Part shown: in pieces, positions 1-8,959 of the stretch
Layout: each line of letters opens with the position of its first letter
Numbering within the stretch: position 1 is the first letter of the stretch
From: an uncultured Opitutaceae bacterium
Lineage (GTDB): Bacteria; Verrucomicrobiota; Verrucomicrobiia; Opitutales; Opitutaceae
DNA length: 64,000 bases
Direction: 5' to 3'
NCBI GenBank assembly: GCA_951813085.1
Contig: OX638348.1
Coordinates: 627,627 to 691,626 of the forward strand
The notes under the pieces: generated by a model
What the model saw: only the letters and a program-made list of their open reading frames with translations
What the model was told of the DNA's origin: nothing
Databases searched by the model: none
Position numbers and translations under genes: made by a program

Positions 1-2
1 AA

Positions 3-647
3 GCAGCCGATAAAATAAAGCAAGCGGGTGGAGAATGCGTTGCGAAGGGTGGAAATGCGAGCGAACCAAGTTTCGTGGCGTCCCTTGTGGAGGAGGCCGT
101 GGAGCGCTATGGCGCAATTGACATAGCCGTAGCGAATGCGGGGGTCACTGCTTATGGGGCTTTTCTCGACTATACCGAAGAGCAATTCGAGACGCTTGTG
201 TCCCTCAATTTGCGGGGTTCATTTTTCTTAGCGCAGCAGGCGGCGATCTGTATGAAAAAGCAGAATACCGGAGGACGCATCGTGTTGATGTCATCCGTAA
301 CGGGCCATCAATCCCATCCCTATTTAGTTCCTTATGGAATGACAAAAGCGGCCCTGCGCATGCTCGCGAAGGGACTTGTCGGTGAACTGGCCCCGTTTGG
401 GATAACCGTCAATGCCATATCTCCGGGCGCTGTGCTGACGGAACGAACGACGGGTGACGATCCCGAATTCGAGGAAGGATGGTCCAAGGCAACCCCCAAT
501 GGTCGAGTTGCGACCGTAGAGGATATAGCCAATGCAGCGCTTTTCCTCGTATCCGACAAAGCTCGCCACATAAATGGCCACACCTTGCTTGTCGATGGAG
601 GGTGGACCGCGACGAGCGCGGTGCCCACGCTGAATATACCAGACTAA
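3..647 (+). CDS. Short-chain dehydrogenase/reductase (SDR) family oxidoreductase, 5' end cut by window edge
   Basis: The reading frame is open from position 3 with no stop before the ORF-track M at 75. Sequence has the SDR catalytic-region pattern (…MSSVTGHQSHPYLVPYGMTKAAL…ISPGAV…) and no N-terminal Rossmann GxxxGxG, so the N-terminus lies upstream of the window. Stop is TAA. Confidence 0.8.
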   Translation, partial: AADKIKQAGGECVAKGGNASEPSFVASLVEEAVERYGAIDIAVANAGVTAYGAFLDYTEEQFETLVSLNLRGSFFLAQQAAICMKKQNTGGRIVLMSSVTGHQSHPYLVPYGMTKAALRMLAKGLVGELAPFGITVNAISPGAVLTERTTGDDPEFEEGWSKATPNGRVATVEDIANAALFLVSDKARHINGHTLLVDGGWTATSAVPTLNIPD

Positions 648-808
648 TGCACTGGCGATTCTCGTCAAGTAAGCTGAAGCGCCTAGGCGATTGCGAAGCG
701 TGAGTAAAAACACGCCTTTTGAGGCCTAGCATTTTCGATTGCTTCTAATTCGCCGAAAGAAGGAGCGATCTTCTCGCGATAAACGAATTGCGTGGAGAAT
801 CCTGAATT

Positions 809-1211
809 ATGGCAAGGGTTGGGATTTTCAGTGTATTGGCGCTCGCCTTAGCAGCGTCGCTTTATGGGCAGAGCGACGACTTTGCGGGCGATGGGGCTTT
901 GGTTGGTTACACGACAAGCAATCCGGATAGCCTGCCTGACGTTCAGAGGGTTTCTGGACGAATATACGCAGCTCGGGATCGTCGAAGACCCTTTGTTTCT
1001 GGATATTGAGATGGGTCGATCGGAATCGGGAGATGCAGGAACCATTTCGGTGTTCCAGTTGGTTGAGGGTAAAATTTATTACCTACAGCGTTCCACCAAT
1101 TTCCAGTTGTGGGAAACGGTCGAATCCTATTCGCCGTTACAGGCGATGAATCAGTACGCATTCAGCTATGCTGCCGACGATGCGTTCTATCGGGTAAGGG
1201 AATCGGATTAG
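809..1211 (+). pseudogene. Small secreted hypothetical protein, probably frameshifted
   Basis: ORF 809-1009 encodes a signal peptide (MARVGIFSVLALALAASLYGQ…). ORF 864-1211 in a different frame encodes a plausible globular C-terminus (…LGIVEDPLFLDIEMGRS…YRVRESD). The frames would join if one base were removed in the ggg/ttt run at 948-953. Confidence 0.35.
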
Positions 1212-1840
1212 CGATTTGTGTCCATCTTAAGGATACGCTGCCGCAGTCCAGATTGACAAGTGTGCAGCAGGAATCCGAGGCCTGCTCCAAAACCGATTCC
1301 ATGAAATGCGCCCCAAAGCATTTTCCCCACTCGCCCGCCATAGGAGTTGTTGAGGTCATCGCCAATGTAGTAGCCTATGGTATGAAAGGCGAAAAGACCA
1401 ACGAAGCTAGTCAGTGTTTTACCCGTAACTCCAAAGGCTTTGTTGAATAGGGCCGCGAAAGCGAGCAAGCCAACTGCGGATCCATAGAGATCGCTGTGGT
1501 ATCGTGAGGTAAGGCCGAACCAGAAAAGGCACCAAACGACGGCGTAGATGAAGAAGCCTGAGGCGAACAGCAGAAAAAATCGCGATTGAGACTTGGGGAT
1601 TATCAAAAGCCTTCCGAAAACCCATCCCGCTAGCCCCAAGTATACGAGGGCGATCGCCGTGTACATGGGGCCCTGTCCGCGTACGATACGGAACGCCCAG
1701 ATAGAATAGGCGAGAGCGCTGACGATGCCAAATCCGATACTGCCGAAAAGCATCGAGTAGAGCATGGATTTCTGAGGAGCGATATCCTTGATGTCTATGC
1801 GATCGATCGCTTGCTGCGGGGTGAGTCCAAATAGCTTCAT
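1208..1840 (-). CDS. Hypothetical polytopic membrane protein
   Basis: 210-aa ORF with several hydrophobic helices (FGSIGFGIVSALAYSIWAF…, LAGWVFGRLLII…, FFIYAVVWCLFWF…). No recognisable family. Confidence 0.55.
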   Translation of the reverse strand: MKLFGLTPQQAIDRIDIKDIAPQKSMLYSMLFGSIGFGIVSALAYSIWAFRIVRGQGPMYTAIALVYLGLAGWVFGRLLIIPKSQSRFFLLFASGFFIYAVVWCLFWFGLTSRYHSDLYGSAVGLLAFAALFNKAFGVTGKTLTSFVGLFAFHTIGYYIGDDLNNSYGGRVGKMLWGAFHGIGFGAGLGFLLHTCQSGLRQRILKMDTNR

Positions 1841-2025
1841 GGCGGGAGGGAGGGGTTGCGTATAGATGCAAGGCCAGACCTGGCCTCAGGGCAAGCTCTT
1901 CTGAGTAGGTTGGCTGCGACGAGATTTCTAGCGAATAAAGCTCGCCCTTTTAGTTTCGGTTGGTTGATTTTCCCGTGTAGCTCTAATCATCTTTTCGCTC
2001 TCTTTTCCTTATTAGAACGCATCGC

Positions 2026-3228
2026 ATGCCAGAATCGAAGTACATTGTAGTAGGAAATTCATCCGACGATCCCTTCGCGATCGATGTCGCATTCGCGATG
2101 GGACAGGGTGAGGACATCGCGGATCTCATCAGTATGAAACGGTTTGCCAATTCCGAATTCTGTCCGCGATTCATTTCCGATGAGCAGGACTTCAAGAATA
2201 TTGGAAATAAGCTGGAAGGAAAGAGCATCATTATCGTCAGTACCAGCAGCTTGGTAATGAGTCGCCAGAGCTTGGCGATGCGGAATCTAATGATCGCGCG
2301 CGCGGCCAAGGAGAATGGGGCGGCTGAGGTGATCCTTGTAGAGCCAGATCTCTATTACAGCGCCCAGGATCGCGGGCCACGCAGAGACCTTGGCGAGACG
2401 GCGATCGTTCGCGAAGAAAAGGATCTCAAGAAATTCGATGGGCAGCTTTTTACTGCAAAACTCTACGCTCAAATGCTCAAACTCGCTGGCGTGGATCGCG
2501 TGCTGACCGTGCACAATCACTCGTTCTCAGTGCAGTCGATGTTTACGGATGTATTCGAGGGCAAGTTCCATAACCTGATTCCCTACGACATATACGTCGA
2601 TTACTTGCTGAATTCCGATATTGTCGACTATGGCGAGAAAGGAGAAGGGCTCGCCTTGTGCGCACCGGATAAGGGAGCTCGCGCGTTCGTCAAGGAGATG
2701 TTCAAGCGGCTTGGCCTTGAAAAAGCGAAATTCGTGCTGCTGGACAAGGAACGGACGAGCGAACGTCAGGTGGAAATAAAGATCCACCAAAAGAGCGAAA
2801 CTTCGCTCGAGGATATTCAGGGACATGACATCGCTCTTTTCGATGACATGGTTCGCACGGGGTCCACCGTGGTGAAATCGTGCCAGCTGCTGAAGCAGGT
2901 CAATCCGGGCAAGACGGTGTTTGCGCTCACTCACTTTTACGCAAGCGAAGAAGGTCGCGTGAAGATGGCGAATACAGCAATCGATGAAATTCTTACCTTG
3001 AATACGATTCCGACGGTCTTGAATCGGGACATTCAAGGCCGATTGAGAAAGAAGATGGTCGTACTGAAAATCGAGAAGTGGATGGCTTTGAATCTGTGCC
3101 GCATTCTAGATTTAGCCCAACCCGAGATGGGAGATAGCTTGTACGCGATCGATATGTCGTCGAAAAACACTCGCTGGAAGCGCAAGATCTGGCTGAGCGA
3201 GCAGCTCAAGAAACTGAATCCTGCCTAG
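2026..3228 (+). CDS. Ribose-phosphate pyrophosphokinase (PRPP synthetase)-like protein with about 80-aa C-terminal extension
   Basis: N-terminal Prs-like layout (…KSIIIVSTSS…NLMIARAAKENGAAEVILVEPDLYYSAQDRG…) and a PRPP-binding phosphoribosyltransferase motif (ALFDDMVRTGSTV). At 400 aa it is longer than canonical Prs (about 315 aa). Confidence 0.6.
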   Translation: MPESKYIVVGNSSDDPFAIDVAFAMGQGEDIADLISMKRFANSEFCPRFISDEQDFKNIGNKLEGKSIIIVSTSSLVMSRQSLAMRNLMIARAAKENGAAEVILVEPDLYYSAQDRGPRRDLGETAIVREEKDLKKFDGQLFTAKLYAQMLKLAGVDRVLTVHNHSFSVQSMFTDVFEGKFHNLIPYDIYVDYLLNSDIVDYGEKGEGLALCAPDKGARAFVKEMFKRLGLEKAKFVLLDKERTSERQVEIKIHQKSETSLEDIQGHDIALFDDMVRTGSTVVKSCQLLKQVNPGKTVFALTHFYASEEGRVKMANTAIDEILTLNTIPTVLNRDIQGRLRKKMVVLKIEKWMALNLCRILDLAQPEMGDSLYAIDMSSKNTRWKRKIWLSEQLKKLNPA

Positions 3229-3312
3229 GCGTCTCTTATTTCGCTCATCGCCGGTTCCCTATAAGGTTCGTATGTAGGCTTGGCATCGTCCAGATTACGG
3301 TTTGTATAAGTA

Positions 3313-6045
3313 ATGTACAGTGCTGCTCTTGCGAGCGGCCTCCCCATTACCTATACGATGACACGCTGCCTCAATCAACTGCCTCTGACGCTGCTCCGTG
3401 TGGGAGGGCTTGGAGCTATCGCCCTCTCGCGTTTCGCCGCGTCTTGCCTAGGGGTTGATGACTACAGCTTGGATCCCTCGATACGCGCCTTGGCGGCGGA
3501 TCATTGCACCTCCTGCCACAATCCGGAAAAAAGAAAAGGAAAGCTCGATTTAGAGAGCATCATCGATGACCCGATCGATGAGCATCTCGAGATTTGGGAT
3601 GAAGTGGCGTGGATGCTTAAGGAGCGGGAAATGCCTCCTGAGGATGCACCCGAAGCATCGCGCCCGAGCGAAAGCGAGTACGAGGGAGCTACCGATTGGC
3701 TGGAGGCGCAGCTTACGAAGATATTCCCCGAAGGGAACAGTAGAGAAACCTTCCTTACTTCGAAGCGCGCATTGATAAACCAGTATTGCGTCAGTTGCCA
3801 CAATCCCGAGGAAATGAAGGGCGACCTTTCGCTTGAAACTGTCGCCTTCGAAGATCCGGAAGCGAATCCAGAATTCTGGGAAACGGTGATTCGCAGGCTC
3901 GATTCGCGACAGATGCCCCCTCCCGATCGAAAGCGACCAAGCGAAGCGACATACGAAGCGGTTCTCAGTTCATTGATCGATAGCCTCGATACCCACGCCG
4001 CCGCCCATCCACAGCCGGGTCGAGTCGATACGTTTCGTCGCTTGAACCGCACGGAATACCAAAACGCGATTCGCGACTTGCTTGGGGTCGAGATTGATGC
4101 CCGTAGCTTGCTGCCTAAGGATGAAGAAAGCCATGGTTTTGACAATGTGACATTGGGGACGCTCGCGCCGAGCTTGCTGGATCGCTATATCACCGCTGCC
4201 CAGAAAGTGAGTCGGCTAGCGATTGGGCGGCCGCTATCTGCGCCTAAAGGCTATACGTATCGAATTCGCCCCGACGTAACGCAAGAGAAGCATGTAGAAG
4301 GGCTTCCTCTGGGAACTCGAGGCGGTGCGATTTTCGACTACACGTTCCCGAGGGATGGCGAGTATGAGATAGAAGCGGTCTTGACGCGCGATCGCAACGA
4401 GCATGTGGAAGGCCTAAAAGAGGAGCACGAAATGGACATCTTGCTCGGTCGAAAACTCGTAGAGCGGTTTACGGTGGCTCCTCCAGAAGGGAGACGCGAT
4501 CACAGCTTAGTGGACAAGCATTTGAAAACGCGTGTGTTCGTCGAGGCGGGACCGAAAAGCGTTGGGGTGACCTTCCTGAAAAATCCGTACTCCCTCCTGG
4601 AAAACAAGCGTCAACCCTTCAAGGCCCATTACAATCATCACCGGCATCCGCGACTGTCGCCGGCCATATACCAAGTTTCCATCACAGGACCTTTCAATTC
4701 ACCTAGAGTGGGGGATACTCCCAGTAGAAAGAAGATTTTTATCGTTCGACCCGAATCTGCGAAAGAGGAGGAACCTGCCGCGAGAACGATCCTTTCAAAT
4801 TTAATGGAGCGAGCCTTCCGGCGACCTATTTCTAAATCGGATTTGGAGCGGCCTCTGAAATTCTATCGCGACGGCGCGGAGGAAGGGGGATTCGAATCAG
4901 GAATCGAAGCAGCGCTCAATTCCATCCTCGTTAGCCCAGAATTCTTATTCCGAATTGAAAAAGAACCCAGGACTATTGCGGCAGGCGACGCCTATCGCAT
5001 AAGCGACATTGAGCTAGCGAGTCGAATGTCGTTTTTTCTATGGAGCAGCTTGCCGGATGAGGAACTCCTCGATTTGGCGATCGAAGGAAGGCTGAGCGAT
5101 CCGGAAAATCTCAACGCTCAAGTGGCCCGTATGCTGCCCGATGACCGTTCTCGAAATTTAGTAGAGAATTTCGCGGGCCAGTGGCTGCACTTGAGGAATC
5201 TGGAAGCGATCGTTCCGGATTTGCGTTTGTACCCGGATTTCGATGACAATTTGAGGCAAGCTTTCTGGAAGGAAACGGAGCTATTCGTAGAAAGCGTACT
5301 GCGCGAAAACCGTAGCGTCCTGGATTTGCTGAAGTCCGACTACACCTTTCTAAATGAACGCCTGGCCCAGCATTATGAAATTCCGGGCATTTTTGGAAGC
5401 GGCTTCCGTCGCGTCCCTCTCAAGCCAGAGTACCACCGTGGCGGGCTATTGAGGCAGGGGAGCATTTTGACGGTCACTTCATATGCAACTCGGACGTCGC
5501 CCGTCATTCGAGGGAATTGGGTGTTGGAGAATATACTGGGAACTCCAGCTAAGCCTCCTCCTCCAGATGTCCCTGCGTTGGAGGACAACAAGGTGGATGC
5601 TAGCTTGCCGATGCGAGAACGACTGGCGGAGCATCGAGCAAATCCAGCGTGCGCGAGCTGCCATGATCTCATGGATCCCGTCGGTTTCGCTTTGGAAAAT
5701 TTCGATGCGGTGGGACGCTGGCGCGTCTATGAGAACGGAGCCGAGATCGACGTGAGTGGAGGGCTCCCAGATGGAAGCGTTTTCGCAGGAGTGGAGAGCC
5801 TTGAAAATGGCCTCCTAGAGCGCCCTGAACTTTTCGTTCGCGCATTGACGGAGAAACTGCTAATATTCGCGCTCGGTAGGGGAGTTGAACCCTTCGACGC
5901 CCCTGCCGTTCGAAAAATTGTAAGTGACTCAAAACAAACGGATTACCAATTTTCATCAATCATCGAAGGGATCGTAAAGAGCGTCCCTTTTCAGATGAGA
6001 ACGAAACTCCCCAGCGATCGCTACCTTTCTCAAACCTCAGAATAG
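3313..6045 (+). CDS. DUF1592/DUF1595/DUF1587-family protein (planctomycete-type PSCyt/PSD domains)
   Basis: 910 aa. Two CxxCH-like motifs near the N-terminus (CTSCHNPEK, CVSCHNPEE) followed by the long conserved region typical of this family. Immediately followed by a DUF1552 partner gene. The true start may be the internal M of MTRCLNQLPLTLL… (signal peptide). Confidence 0.7.
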   Translation: MYSAALASGLPITYTMTRCLNQLPLTLLRVGGLGAIALSRFAASCLGVDDYSLDPSIRALAADHCTSCHNPEKRKGKLDLESIIDDPIDEHLEIWDEVAWMLKEREMPPEDAPEASRPSESEYEGATDWLEAQLTKIFPEGNSRETFLTSKRALINQYCVSCHNPEEMKGDLSLETVAFEDPEANPEFWETVIRRLDSRQMPPPDRKRPSEATYEAVLSSLIDSLDTHAAAHPQPGRVDTFRRLNRTEYQNAIRDLLGVEIDARSLLPKDEESHGFDNVTLGTLAPSLLDRYITAAQKVSRLAIGRPLSAPKGYTYRIRPDVTQEKHVEGLPLGTRGGAIFDYTFPRDGEYEIEAVLTRDRNEHVEGLKEEHEMDILLGRKLVERFTVAPPEGRRDHSLVDKHLKTRVFVEAGPKSVGVTFLKNPYSLLENKRQPFKAHYNHHRHPRLSPAIYQVSITGPFNSPRVGDTPSRKKIFIVRPESAKEEEPAARTILSNLMERAFRRPISKSDLERPLKFYRDGAEEGGFESGIEAALNSILVSPEFLFRIEKEPRTIAAGDAYRISDIELASRMSFFLWSSLPDEELLDLAIEGRLSDPENLNAQVARMLPDDRSRNLVENFAGQWLHLRNLEAIVPDLRLYPDFDDNLRQAFWKETELFVESVLRENRSVLDLLKSDYTFLNERLAQHYEIPGIFGSGFRRVPLKPEYHRGGLLRQGSILTVTSYATRTSPVIRGNWVLENILGTPAKPPPPDVPALEDNKVDASLPMRERLAEHRANPACASCHDLMDPVGFALENFDAVGRWRVYENGAEIDVSGGLPDGSVFAGVESLENGLLERPELFVRALTEKLLIFALGRGVEPFDAPAVRKIVSDSKQTDYQFSSIIEGIVKSVPFQMRTKLPSDRYLSQTSE

Positions 6046-6055
6046 CCTCATAGCC

Positions 6056-7402
6056 ATGAAGTTCATTACCAAGAAATCCATACCCCGGAGAACCTTCATC
6101 AAGGGCGTGGGCGCGTCGTTCGCCCTGCCACTTCTTGATGCTATGGTTCCGGCCGCTACCGCTGCTACGAAAACGACCGCGAATTCCCTCCGCCGACTCG
6201 GCTATGTGTTCATGCCTATGGGTTGCGACCAATCGCGGTGGACACCTGGAAGCGAAGGCGCGCTGGATACCTTGTCGCCCATCTTGGACTCGCTTGCGCC
6301 GGTTAAGGACAAGCTGACCGTTTTTACGAATATGGAGCTGCGGAACGCTTATCCCGGCTCGCACGCAACCTCCAACTCCTCGTTCCTGAGCGCGGCGAAG
6401 GCGAAGGTGACTGAAAGCTCGGACTATTATTTAGGTACGACCGCCGACCAGGTCGCGGCTAAGCAAATCGGCCAACAGACTCAGCTTCCGTCTCTTGAGC
6501 TTGCGATGGATCTGATGCAAACAGTAGGTCAATGCGACAATGGCTATGCCTGCGTTTATCAAAACAATCTTTCTTGGTCTTCTCCCACCACGCCGCTTCC
6601 TGCCGAGGCGCATCCGCGAATCGTATTCGAGACCTTGTTCGGGGAAGGAGGAACTCCAGAGGAGAGACGGGCAGCGCTTCGCAGTCGGGCGAGCTTGCTC
6701 GATTCGATCGCCGATGACATGAATCGATTGAAACGCGATCTTGGAGCGAGCGATAGGGCGCGCGTTTCTGAATATCTAGACGCCATACGTGAAGTTGAGA
6801 GACGGATACAGAAGGCGGAATCCGATACGAAGGACAATCCATTGCCTGACTTGGATCGACCATTAGGAGTGCCCGCAATGTATGCGGCTCATGCTCGGCT
6901 CATGTTCGATCTGCAGCTGCTTGCGTTCCAAGGGGATATTACGCGGGTCACCACGTTTCAAATTGCCCGGGAAACGAGCAATCGATCCTATCCAGAGATC
7001 GGCGTTCCCGATCCTCATCATCCTCTTTCTCATCACGGAGACAATCCGGACAAGGTTGCCCGCATGGCGAAGATCAATGCATTCCATGTGTCCTTGTTCG
7101 CGGAATACCTGGAGAAATTAAAGAATACGCCAGAAGGAAACGGGTCGCTCCTCGATAATGTATTGTTGCTTTATGGAAGCGGTATCGGAAATCCGAATGT
7201 CCATGATCATACGAACTTGCCGATCATAGTGGCGGGTGGCGCTTCGGGCGGCATGAGGGGAAATCGCCATATACGCTATGACAAGCCAACCCCGTTAGCC
7301 AATCTGCATTTGAGCCTGCTCGACAAGGTTGGGGTTCAAATCGACTCGTTCGGCGATAGCGATGGTATGATTGACGAGCTATTCCAGCCTCTTTCCGTTT
7401 AA
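6056..7402 (+). CDS. DUF1552 domain protein (Tat-exported partner of DUF1592 proteins)
   Basis: Twin-arginine signal (SIPRRTFIKGVGASFALPLLDAMVP). 448 aa. Positioned as the canonical downstream partner of a DUF1592 gene. Confidence 0.75.
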   Translation: MKFITKKSIPRRTFIKGVGASFALPLLDAMVPAATAATKTTANSLRRLGYVFMPMGCDQSRWTPGSEGALDTLSPILDSLAPVKDKLTVFTNMELRNAYPGSHATSNSSFLSAAKAKVTESSDYYLGTTADQVAAKQIGQQTQLPSLELAMDLMQTVGQCDNGYACVYQNNLSWSSPTTPLPAEAHPRIVFETLFGEGGTPEERRAALRSRASLLDSIADDMNRLKRDLGASDRARVSEYLDAIREVERRIQKAESDTKDNPLPDLDRPLGVPAMYAAHARLMFDLQLLAFQGDITRVTTFQIARETSNRSYPEIGVPDPHHPLSHHGDNPDKVARMAKINAFHVSLFAEYLEKLKNTPEGNGSLLDNVLLLYGSGIGNPNVHDHTNLPIIVAGGASGGMRGNRHIRYDKPTPLANLHLSLLDKVGVQIDSFGDSDGMIDELFQPLSV

Positions 7403-7412
7403 CCTTCACTGA

Positions 7413-8942
7413 GTGAGCCCCATGACCGGACAACGTTGCGCATCTCTCGATCACCTTCTTGGAAGATGGCTTTGGTCCATCGCGTTTGGAATTTCGATCA
7501 TTTGCAACTCGGTGCTGCATGCCGGCGAAAGCGCGGTAGCGAATGCGATAGAACTGGGCTCCTTCGATCACGCAGCGAAGTTGATTGAAAATGGCGCAAG
7601 CGTTTCCGCATCCCAAGCGGATGGAATGACGCCGCTTCACTGGGCCGCTCGTCACGGAGATGTTGAACTATCAAAGCTCCTCCTTTCCAAGGGAGCGGAT
7701 CCCGCGGTGGAGAATCGATATGGGATCGCGCCGCTTTACCTCGCATGCGTCAATGGCAACGCGGAATTGACTGCGGCATTGTTGGCTGCAGGCGCTGATC
7801 CGGAAACGGCGATTAGAGGGGGTGAAACTGCGTTGATGACGGCGTCACGTACGGGAGATCTTGATACGGTTGTGAAATTGCTGGATGCAGGAGCTGAAGT
7901 TAACGCGAAGGAACGCAAGGGCCAGACCGCTTTGATGTGGGCGGCTGCTGAAGGGCATTTGGATGTGGTCAAGCTGCTGATAGATGCAGGAGCCGATCCA
8001 GAGATAAGATTGAAGGTTTCAGGCTACACAGCGTTTTTCTTCGCCGTACGGGAAGGGCATAGCGATATCGTGCATCACTTCTTGAGCTTGGGCGCTGACT
8101 TGAGCAAACCTATGGATGCGAGCCGTTTTAATGGGACGCTGCCGAACAGGGGAACGACGCCTTTGCTTCTGGCGGTTGAGAATGGTCATTTTGACCTTGC
8201 GATTGAGTTGCTCGATTCGGGAGCGGATCCCAATGACATGACGCCTGGCTTTTCGATATTGCATGCGTTAACCTGGATTCGAAAGCCGGACATTGGCGAA
8301 TCGGCTATGGGCGCTCCCCCTCCAAAGGGATCAGGGAAACGCAATAGCGTTCAGTTTATTCGAGATTTAGTTGCCCGGGGAGCGGATGTGAATCTTCGGC
8401 GGAAATCAGGCCAACGCGCTGGCAATGGTCGCGTGAGCTTCGTCGGCGCGACTGCCTTTTTTATGGCTGCGGATCGAGCAGATCTGCCTTATATGAAGCT
8501 ACTCGTCGAGTTAGGAGCGGATCCGCATATCCCCAATGAGGATGGATCTACATCGCTTTTGGTCGCCGCAGGAGTGGGGAGCCGCGCCCCTGAAGAAGAG
8601 GCGGGTTCCGAGGAGGAATGCCTTGCAGCAGTCCAGTACTTGGTTGGCCTAGGTTCCGATGTAAATGCAGTGGACGCGAATGGCCATTCCGCGATGCACG
8701 GAGCCGCGTTGAAGAATATTCCTTCTATGGTTCACTACTTGAATGCGCAGGGCGCCGATGTCGGTATCTGGAATCGAAAAAATAGCGATGGCTGGACACC
8801 GCTTCTAATCGCCGAAGGCTACCGTCCTGGAAATTTCAAGCCTTCGTTTGCCACCGTAGATGCGATATCGGAAGTAATGATTGCAAATGGAACGCCGATA
8901 CCAACCGATCCTAAGCCAAAGCATACCAACTACGCGAACTAG
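7413..8942 (+). CDS. Ankyrin-repeat protein, secreted
   Basis: Multiple ANK repeats (GMTPLHWAARHGDVELSKLLLSKGADP…, GQTALMWAAAEGHLDVVKLLIDAGADP…, GTTPLLLAVENGHFDLAIELLDSGADP…). Hydrophobic N-terminus. Starts 11 bp after the DUF1552 stop. Confidence 0.8.
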   Translation: MSPMTGQRCASLDHLLGRWLWSIAFGISIICNSVLHAGESAVANAIELGSFDHAAKLIENGASVSASQADGMTPLHWAARHGDVELSKLLLSKGADPAVENRYGIAPLYLACVNGNAELTAALLAAGADPETAIRGGETALMTASRTGDLDTVVKLLDAGAEVNAKERKGQTALMWAAAEGHLDVVKLLIDAGADPEIRLKVSGYTAFFFAVREGHSDIVHHFLSLGADLSKPMDASRFNGTLPNRGTTPLLLAVENGHFDLAIELLDSGADPNDMTPGFSILHALTWIRKPDIGESAMGAPPPKGSGKRNSVQFIRDLVARGADVNLRRKSGQRAGNGRVSFVGATAFFMAADRADLPYMKLLVELGADPHIPNEDGSTSLLVAAGVGSRAPEEEAGSEEECLAAVQYLVGLGSDVNAVDANGHSAMHGAALKNIPSMVHYLNAQGADVGIWNRKNSDGWTPLLIAEGYRPGNFKPSFATVDAISEVMIANGTPIPTDPKPKHTNYAN

Positions 8943-8959
8943 TTAGATTTGCCTTTCAG

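Noticed and set aside
3501-4145. 214-aa minus-strand ORF (and many similar antisense ORFs, for example 9171-11956 on plus, 13272-15265 on plus, 34066-34829 on plus, 55108-55914 on plus)
   Set aside because: They lie entirely inside long, well-supported genes on the opposite strand and have low-complexity, Arg/Ser/Pro-rich translations typical of antisense frames.
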